From a virus, in IMG/VR virus record IMGVR_UViG_3300042922_000850, positions 102,759-166,758 of that record: 64,000 nt of DNA; one strand, 5' to 3'. The translations under genes were made by a program, and so were the position numbers. This document shows positions 57,163-64,000 of the stretch, one piece after another. Numbering within the stretch: position 1 is the first letter of the stretch; each line of letters begins with the position of its first letter. The notes below the pieces were generated by a model. The model ran no database searches. It was not told the origin of the DNA and was given only the letters and a program-made list of their open reading frames with translations.

Positions 57163-58023
57163 TTACACAAGTCCTAGTAATTCGCCTGTTGTATTACCAA
57201 GTGTATTTGTAATTTCGCTGTTGTTTTCCGCAACTGAATAAGCTGGAGGAGTCATCGTCCTTTTGTTTTCTAATGCGTGCGCCGATCTATAAATGAGAAA
57301 GTCGTTTACCGAAGCATAAGTAATATTGTATTGGTATAAAAATGGCTGAATGGATGATTTTTGTATACCAAGGGATTGCACAAACCCGATATATTTTCTG
57401 CCCTCAATAATCAAACTTACAGACCACTCATTAGTGTACTCATTACTCGCATTCTTGCTATCCTCAATATACTCTTTATAGTTTTCAAGAAAATCATGCC
57501 TTTCTTGGCAATATCTTGTATCAAGCATATACCCTGTCAAATTTGTTTGCTGTATGTTTTTACCAGTCCTCATAATATACCAACCAGCCATGGTCTTATT
57601 AATCTGTTGTGAGGTGGAATAAGAATGGCCAACGCTATTCGGAGAAATCATAAAGCCGATAACTTTAATGTCTCCTGTATTTATATTTATAAATTCGAAG
57701 TATGCATTTTGATAACCCGGTAACTCTGCATTATACAGAGTATCTTCGCTATAAGGACGAAGAGAATCGTAATACCCTGCAGTTAACCCTTGTGCTTTTT
57801 TCTTTGTCTTTGACGCGCTCAAAGACTTAACAGAGGTGTCCAGTAATGCAGCATCGTCCGCAGTAATCACAAGGGATGCGTCGCTCAATAGCAACTCTAA
57901 GTCAGAATAGTACTTGACTTTCGATTTTGCGAGCGCCAACTTATTTCCTGCAACGGTAACAGCATACCCTTTATTCGTGTAGCTTATGGTTATTGTTTGA
58001 CCCGGTTTAAAGGTAGTCGCCAA
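57163..58023 (-). CDS. Tail tube initiator/baseplate-associated protein
   Basis: FMISPNSV.HSY...KTMAGWY...PFLYQYNITY; position between tape measure and hub. Confidence 0.55.
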   Translation of the reverse strand: MATTFKPGQTITISYTNKGYAVTVAGNKLALAKSKVKYYSDLELLLSDASLVITADDAALLDTSVKSLSASKTKKKAQGLTAGYYDSLRPYSEDTLYNAELPGYQNAYFEFININTGDIKVIGFMISPNSVGHSYSTSQQINKTMAGWYIMRTGKNIQQTNLTGYMLDTRYCQERHDFLENYKEYIEDSKNASNEYTNEWSVSLIIEGRKYIGFVQSLGIQKSSIQPFLYQYNITYASVNDFLIYRSAHALENKRTMTPPAYSVAENNSEITNTLGNTTGELLGLV

Positions 58024-58036
58024 AATAATCCCTCCT

Positions 58037-58690
58037 TTATAGCAAATGTTCGTTCTGTTGTAAAAGAACGCTTTGTGGTATTCCTGTCAGTTCTGACAAT
58101 TCTTTTATTGTCATTTCAGAATTTAAAGAAATAAACTCTGCTTTTTCTGAAGCCATATTTGTTGCTTCGGCTTCTCTTAAAAATGAGTTTCTTACGATAT
58201 TGATTGGATTTTTTTGCTCCAGCACATTCATTACCAGAAGTTGAATGTTATTCTTTTGCTCCTCTGCCGAAGTATCATTTAAAATGTCATATGGAAAAAA
58301 GTTAATCTCTCTTGGCCCGATAGCATATTTTTGGCACAAGAAGGAGCATACTTTAACTAAGGCATTCTTTTGATCGTCTGAATACTTTTTAAAACTACCC
58401 TCTGTATAAATAATGAGATCGTTCTCATGAGACGAAAACAAATTAACTTTTGTGCTAACAAAGTCTGCTTTTGCGGAAAACAATGCCCCATCAGAGGTTA
58501 TTACATAATGGTAGGGCAACATTTCATTATGTAATTCAACGTATCTGAAGTTTAACCATTTAACATACGATTGGCTATCATACCCTCTTGGTCTTACTTC
58601 TTCCGTATCCGTGATTAGTATTTTTCTCTTTTGAGAAGCATCAATTGGGTTGATCATGATGTTTTCTGAAGCTAAGTTTAGTTTGTACAT
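58037..58690 (-). CDS. Degenerate Amidase_2-like fold + C-terminal LysM-like helix pair
   Basis: PYHYVITSDG, DDQKNALVKVCSFLCQKYAI; MTIKELSELTGIPQSVLLQQNEHL. Confidence 0.5.
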   Translation of the reverse strand: MYKLNLASENIMINPIDASQKRKILITDTEEVRPRGYDSQSYVKWLNFRYVELHNEMLPYHYVITSDGALFSAKADFVSTKVNLFSSHENDLIIYTEGSFKKYSDDQKNALVKVCSFLCQKYAIGPREINFFPYDILNDTSAEEQKNNIQLLVMNVLEQKNPINIVRNSFLREAEATNMASEKAEFISLNSEMTIKELSELTGIPQSVLLQQNEHLL

Positions 58691-58702
58691 GAAAAACCTC
58701 CT

Positions 58703-59323
58703 TTAATTTGTGATATAGAGAGAATAATTATACTTGCGCTCGAAATCATATGTTCCGTTCGTCATATAAATATCAACACTGTAAGCACCACCATCCCCGA
58801 GACCTGGTATCTGGACAGAGAATAATTTCTCCTGTCCTAATAATATTTCGTCCGATGGAGACAGTGTGAAAATATAAGTTTCATCAAAGAAAGAATCGTT
58901 TTTTACAACATGGACTTCAAGATGCGCGTTGGTACTGTTCCATGAACTAAACCCAACATTGCGCTGTGTTACTTGCCATCCAATAGAGACATTGGGTCCC
59001 GAAGACTTGGGAATTGTATTTCTTGTAATCTCCGATCTGAATTTAACCATGTTCACATCGTCAGCGAAGTCAGCTTCTTCATATTCAATTTTTTCTGAAA
59101 TAGATGCAATGCTCGATACACACTCCTTAATTTTTTTATTAAGTATGTGGAGCGCGCGTTGTCTTGTTGTAAATTCCTTATAATTAACAAAATTACCTGT
59201 ATTGTATAAGTCGCGCTTTTCTCTAATTTCTGCGGTAATTCCATCCATCTCTACCAAATATTTATCTATGTTACTTAACAATTTTGTAACTTGATTATCA
59301 TACATTTTTGAAGTTTCATCCAT
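58703..59323 (-). CDS. Hypothetical tail protein
   Basis: N-terminal coiled coil, C-terminal beta domain. Confidence 0.6.
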   Translation of the reverse strand: MDETSKMYDNQVTKLLSNIDKYLVEMDGITAEIREKRDLYNTGNFVNYKEFTTRQRALHILNKKIKECVSSIASISEKIEYEEADFADDVNMVKFRSEITRNTIPKSSGPNVSIGWQVTQRNVGFSSWNSTNAHLEVHVVKNDSFFDETYIFTLSPSDEILLGQEKLFSVQIPGLGDGGAYSVDIYMTNGTYDFERKYNYSLYITN

Positions 59324-59345
59324 TTAAAGATACCCCCTTATTCAT

Positions 59346-59380
59346 AATAAAGCTAGGTATTTTTGGTACCTAGCTTTATT
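59346..59380 (-). terminator. Hairpin downstream of tape measure
   Basis: AATAAAGCTAGGTA-7 nt-TACCTAGCTTTATT. Confidence 0.6.
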
Positions 59381-59413
59381 TTAAAACAAATTTTAAGAAT
59401 AGACAAATATGAA

Positions 59414-62400
59414 TTAATGATTGAGGAACGGGTTGATTATTTTGATTTGCTTTACTTCGGCGGCAACTGTATCTACCTTTTCGTTAATGACCCTCATGGT
59501 ATCAGCTATTTTTGTTGCAGCATTTTCGGCTTCATCCATACCATCGTTGATTGCGCCCGTAAGGGTTTCATTCGAATCTTTGACAGCTGCACCTATTTCT
59601 TCACCGCCAAATGTTGAGCCAGAAGCAGAGATTACATTAAGTATTGCCCCCGCAATCTCTTCATAATTTTCCGTCTTAAGTGTAAAGGCTCCGTCTTCGC
59701 CCACAGATAGGTAATCTTTTAGATATGTGCTTGTAACCTCTTCGGGAATGTACTGTGCCCAGCTTTTTGAAAATGCTTCGAGGTTTGTTTTCAGTTCGTC
59801 GCTGATTGTTTCTATAACTTCGGCATAACCACTTTGAAAAGCATCCTGAACAGCCCCGACATCTTCTTTTCTAAGTTTTTCGGAGCCTTGTGACAAGAAG
59901 TCGTATCTCATATCTTCGCGGAACTCTTTGGCTTTTGATTTATCCATGCCGAGCACTCCAACAACTGCATCGCCCAAAGTTGCCAAATCACCACTCTTAT
60001 CAATCTGTTCATAAATTGCAGCAATTTGAGCATCTAAGCCACTTATATTACCTGGGTCACCTATTTTATCAGGGTTGCGTAACATATAATTTGATTGCTG
60101 ATTGATATCGTATGGATTATATCCGCTAACCTGTGATTGCATGATTTTCTTTTTCTCGGCTTTTAGCATCGTCTCGGCTTCTTCTGCGGTGCTGTTCATA
60201 ATTCCAGACATTGTTACTTTGTCCGCTATAAAATATTCGCCATCCACGGATCCATTTTTCTGAATCCATTTCTTCACATTTTCATAACCTTTTTCATAAC
60301 CATCAACTTGATAATTATAATTTCTGTCTCCGTAATAATTGCCATTATTACCTATTTTGTTCATAGTGTTAAGGTCATTCGCATTAAACGCACCGGCGTA
60401 ACCTTTTCCGGTGAGGGATAAAACATCTTTTAATTCAAGAGTTACTCCGTCTTGTGAGCCAAAAGTAGAGTTTATTAATAGGTTCATTGTCTCTAAGTTC
60501 TGGGTTTTTTCTTCCATGCTTAGACTATCCCATGTATTAACTTCACCCTTTGTGAACCGTTCAATATCCCTGTACTGAGCATCATACCAGTTTTTTGTAG
60601 CTTTGTACGCACTTACTCTCTTGTCAGGGTTTGTTAAATCGGTCACACTTGTAACATCGAGTCCAGCAGATTGAGCAAACTTAAATAAGATTTCATCTTC
60701 CATTTTAGAAGTAAGATAAGTTTTCTTTATCGCATTGGTACCGTAAGCTCCAATCCCTTTAATGCCAGGATCATCAGCTCTAAGATATGCGTCCACTTCT
60801 TTTTCGTAGTCGGTCCATGTTTTCTTACTCCCAAACCTTCCCATACTTAAAGATTCATTCTTTGTGAGTTTTGTGGCGGCGTCATATTGATTTTGTATAC
60901 TAGTTATACTGTCCAAATCAATGATTGCTTTATTTGTCTGGTCTGTCACACTAAATTTCTTAGCGAGTTCACTAGCATTTACAGAAGCGTTTGTAATAGC
61001 ATCTTTTATTTGTTTTTCTAATGTTATATCGTATTCAGTTTCAACAGCATCGACAACGGAACTTGTTGGTTTAATCTGATCATCTCGGAGATTTCTGCCG
61101 AAATTAGTATTAGCTCTTCCTTTCCCTACAACATCTGCCGCAGAAAGGCCCTTAACTGGTATCGATCCAGCATACTTAGATGACAGCGTATTAATATCGC
61201 TGTCTGTCAATTTGTTGAAATCTACGCCTTCAGCTGAAGCAGCCTTTTCTAAGAAGTCGACATATCCCTGACCGCCGTTAAATCCGGCATAGGCCAGATA
61301 TGGATTTTGACTTCCGTCATTGGTTGCATTTTTTAAATGACTGTTGTATATCTTTCCGCCAACGTACAGATTAACTTCTTCTTTTGCGAGCTCGTGTTTG
61401 AAAGCGCTCTCAGAATCCATACCATCTAAAGCGGGATCACTTCCGATGGTATACGTCTTTCCATCGTTTAAAGTAATGGTCTGGCCCTTAAACTCTTCAT
61501 AACGACTAGCATAGGGCATAATTTGCGTTAATCCGATTTCTCCAGATCCACCTACTTTAATATTTCCGTTCTTATCAAAATTATAGCCCGAACTTTCAGT
61601 TATCATAAGGGTAGCTAGTGCATTTGGAGAAAGTCCCATTTGGCTTGCAACCTGATGAACAATATCGTAATATTTATCTTCGCCTTTTTGGTTGTCTTTT
61701 GAACCGCGCAAATAATCGTATTCTGGTAAATACTGATAATCTTTGCCAAGATCCACGGGAGAGCCTTTCACATGAAAAGAGACTCCTGGATTTGACGCAT
61801 CAAATCCGTCAGCGCCCATACTACCCATTGCGCCAGAAAAGTTACTATAATTACTACTGTTAATGACCACTTGGTTTGCGTTTGCGTTGGATAGAATACC
61901 TTGGTTGCCGAGATTTCTAAGTTTATCTACATCATAACCCATCGCCTTAAGCTGATCATCCACCGTCTGTTGCCCGCCATAAAAAGCTTTCATAGCAAGG
62001 TCTTCATTGCCACCGTACAATCCGACTAGCTTTGAGATTTCTCCTGCCGCAACTTCTAATTTCTGCTCTAAGGTTGATGTTGAGCTGCCGGAGACCTTTG
62101 CTGAATTTTCACGAGATAGCTTTTCAATAATGCTAGCATCCGCCCCGAAAAGAGTTTTTGCCTCAGACCTACCAGTAAACTTAACCAGTGCTGCTAATAT
62201 TGTTTCAGATAAATCGGAATTTTCACCAACTTTCTGTATCGTGCCGTAATTCTCACCAACAATGCCACCGAGAGAACTACCGTTTGCAATAATCTCTCGC
62301 ATATATTGATATGTCTTTTGATTTGGATTTGTGACGTTAAATAAACCGATTGTGTCGTCATTGATGTCATACCCTTGCGACTTAAACTTCTTTAAATTGT

Positions 62401-64000
62401 CTTTTGTTTGAGACATTGCATCGTAGAAGTCGTTACTGTAGTATTCCATACCGGTAGTAGACCAATCAGTCTTGGTTTTAAAATCGAGTGAGGTATAGTG
62501 CTTCCCATAGAGGGCTTCATTAATACCGGTATACATATTGCTCATAGTATCACTAAAGTCCGCGCCCCATTCCCCAAGGTCTTCTTTAACACCTTCCCAA
62601 CCATACTTGATACTTCTCCACAAAGTAGGATTGTTAGCCTGCATTGAAGCATTGATATTTTGAAATGAAGCCATGTTCTTTTGTTGAAGAATTAAGCCAT
62701 CTCCTTGGGAGTTAACAGTTTCCATGTAATTAGCATACAATGCTCTTTCATCTGCGGACATATTCTGCATCATAAAGGAAAGGCCTGAACTTAAGTCATT
62801 AGGGTTTGCACCTACTTCATTACTATAAGCCATTGTTAACGACCTAGAGAAATTTGAAATTTGGCTTTCCTCTAACTCATTACCCATATAAATATGATAA
62901 TTATCTTGCCAATCCTTTATCGCCAAATCACCATATTTCTCTAAGTTAGAAACGCCTAAATCATTTAGGGCATTCAGATCGTACAATCCTTTTTCTGCCC
63001 CAGAAATTATGGTGTTGTACTTATCTTGATTAAAGCCCCAGGTATTATTGGATTTATTATAATCAAAAAATGCAGCCGCAACGTCTTTGTTTTTATCGAG
63101 GATACTGTCTTGTATCTGATTGATCATTCCCGAGACAGCTTCAACACCGCCGTTATTATTAATATAGTTTTTAGCGGCAGCTTCTTTCGCATTCAAACTG
63201 GGCTGACCTTTTAAAGCCTCATACATATAATTTGTATATGTTACAGTATCAGCTAATCTTCCAACATACTGTTCATTGCTTAATCCGGTTCCCTGTGTAA
63301 GACCACCGGCCATACCTAATAGACTTCTTGTTGTTTCGCTTCCAGATTTTCCAAGTTCGGCGCCTACTATTTTCCCCATGCTCATAATATTCGTATAACT
63401 GCCTTCGCTGATGCCCATCTTTTTCATCTCAGACATAAGACTAGTAATGCTCTGGTAAGTTTCATTTAACATCAGCGCACCGCTTTTTACATTCTTCGTA
63501 AGCTCCTTGATTTTATCTCTGAAGCCCTCCAAATCTTTTACATCCCTTAACATTCCACTTTCCGTATACTGTTGGGTTAAATTCATCATTTCCCTGTCAC
63601 TAATAAAAAAGTCTTTATTAGCACCGCGAAGGAAACTTGCTGCTTGCTGGCTCTCGTTTTGTGAAAAACCGCTATAGCCCCTGTCATTATTTGATTCTCT
63701 CGAATTAATAAATCGGTAGGATTCTCTTTGCAGGTATTTTGAATAAGCTCCTTGTATTTCTGCTTGTTCTTGGCCATTATTAAAATATGCTCCAACAATA
63801 GGTGCGCCAACCATACCAAGTGCTGTGCCCCCAATAAGACCAAGCCCAGCAGCATATCCACCAAAACTAAGCCCTGCGCTTGCTACTGTGCCCATTCCAG
63901 AAATTGCTGCGTTTGTCATTCTTCCTGCATGGTCCTGAAGCATCATATTTTTAGTTTCGGGGGAAATATTTGAGCTTGGGAAAAAGGTATCCATAAACCC
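59414..64000 (-). CDS. Tape measure protein with lytic transglycosylase (SLT) domain(s); probably 5'-truncated by window edge
   Basis: Long helical Gly/Ala-rich protein; LMITESSG...GLTQIMP...NLYVGG...AYAGFNGG SLT motifs; frame stays open to base 64000. Confidence 0.85.
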   Translation of the reverse strand, partial: GFMDTFFPSSNISPETKNMMLQDHAGRMTNAAISGMGTVASAGLSFGGYAAGLGLIGGTALGMVGAPIVGAYFNNGQEQAEIQGAYSKYLQRESYRFINSRESNNDRGYSGFSQNESQQAASFLRGANKDFFISDREMMNLTQQYTESGMLRDVKDLEGFRDKIKELTKNVKSGALMLNETYQSITSLMSEMKKMGISEGSYTNIMSMGKIVGAELGKSGSETTRSLLGMAGGLTQGTGLSNEQYVGRLADTVTYTNYMYEALKGQPSLNAKEAAAKNYINNNGGVEAVSGMINQIQDSILDKNKDVAAAFFDYNKSNNTWGFNQDKYNTIISGAEKGLYDLNALNDLGVSNLEKYGDLAIKDWQDNYHIYMGNELEESQISNFSRSLTMAYSNEVGANPNDLSSGLSFMMQNMSADERALYANYMETVNSQGDGLILQQKNMASFQNINASMQANNPTLWRSIKYGWEGVKEDLGEWGADFSDTMSNMYTGINEALYGKHYTSLDFKTKTDWSTTGMEYYSNDFYDAMSQTKDNLKKFKSQGYDINDDTIGLFNVTNPNQKTYQYMREIIANGSSLGGIVGENYGTIQKVGENSDLSETILAALVKFTGRSEAKTLFGADASIIEKLSRENSAKVSGSSTSTLEQKLEVAAGEISKLVGLYGGNEDLAMKAFYGGQQTVDDQLKAMGYDVDKLRNLGNQGILSNANANQVVINSSNYSNFSGAMGSMGADGFDASNPGVSFHVKGSPVDLGKDYQYLPEYDYLRGSKDNQKGEDKYYDIVHQVASQMGLSPNALATLMITESSGYNFDKNGNIKVGGSGEIGLTQIMPYASRYEEFKGQTITLNDGKTYTIGSDPALDGMDSESAFKHELAKEEVNLYVGGKIYNSHLKNATNDGSQNPYLAYAGFNGGQGYVDFLEKAASAEGVDFNKLTDSDINTLSSKYAGSIPVKGLSAADVVGKGRANTNFGRNLRDDQIKPTSSVVDAVETEYDITLEKQIKDAITNASVNASELAKKFSVTDQTNKAIIDLDSITSIQNQYDAATKLTKNESLSMGRFGSKKTWTDYEKEVDAYLRADDPGIKGIGAYGTNAIKKTYLTSKMEDEILFKFAQSAGLDVTSVTDLTNPDKRVSAYKATKNWYDAQYRDIERFTKGEVNTWDSLSMEEKTQNLETMNLLINSTFGSQDGVTLELKDVLSLTGKGYAGAFNANDLNTMNKIGNNGNYYGDRNYNYQVDGYEKGYENVKKWIQKNGSVDGEYFIADKVTMSGIMNSTAEEAETMLKAEKKKIMQSQVSGYNPYDINQQSNYMLRNPDKIGDPGNISGLDAQIAAIYEQIDKSGDLATLGDAVVGVLGMDKSKAKEFREDMRYDFLSQGSEKLRKEDVGAVQDAFQSGYAEVIETISDELKTNLEAFSKSWAQYIPEEVTSTYLKDYLSVGEDGAFTLKTENYEEIAGAILNVISASGSTFGGEEIGAAVKDSNETLTGAINDGMDEAENAATKIADTMRVINEKVDTVAAEVKQIKIINPFLNH

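Larger units (their letters stand above)
1..64000. mobile_element. Segment of a large tailed (contractile-tail type) bacteriophage genome, Firmicutes/Clostridia-like host
   Basis: Replication/recombination block on + strand converges on tape measure, baseplate, tail fibre, holin and endolysin block on - strand; dense small ORFs with Firmicutes-type GGAGG RBSs; no host housekeeping genes. Confidence 0.93.

Noticed and set aside
33991-63973. + strand ORFs within the structural arm
   Set aside because: Antisense shadows of tail/baseplate genes.
1-64000. Stop-codon reassignment, tRNA/rRNA genes, integrase/att sites
   Set aside because: Genes are intact and tightly packed under code 11, with TAA, TAG and TGA all used as stops; no cloverleaf, rRNA or recombinase motifs noticed by eye.

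Overview
The whole window reads as part of a large tailed phage genome infecting a low-GC Firmicutes host (probably spore-forming and Clostridia-like). The baseplate genes point to a contractile tail. No integrase, host housekeeping block, rRNA, tRNA or CRISPR array was seen. There are two convergent halves that meet at a UUCG-loop bidirectional terminator (~33.0 kb). The + strand (1-32,994) holds early/replication genes: a cold-shock-domain protein, SbcD/Mre11 nuclease, YhaM-like HD exonuclease, receiver-less Spo0A DNA-binding domain, DUF932 protein, a Rad50/SbcC split into separate genes around a DnaE polymerase, a primase-ATPase fusion, an SF2 helicase, a J-domain protein and many small ORFs. 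The - strand (33,022-64,000) holds the tape measure (5'-truncated), baseplate, tail-fibre and lysis genes, with a SigF/G/B-like sigma factor embedded in the baseplate block. The most striking unexplained element is at 16.0-21.5 kb: seven tandem paralogues, most strongly acidic, share a (D/E)CQN(L/I)(L/I)LxEW motif resembling sliding-clamp-binding peptides. They are bracketed by two divergent beta-clamp-like genes, and the phage DnaE lacks its usual internal clamp-binding motif. All family calls are from motif recognition by eye; no searches were run.
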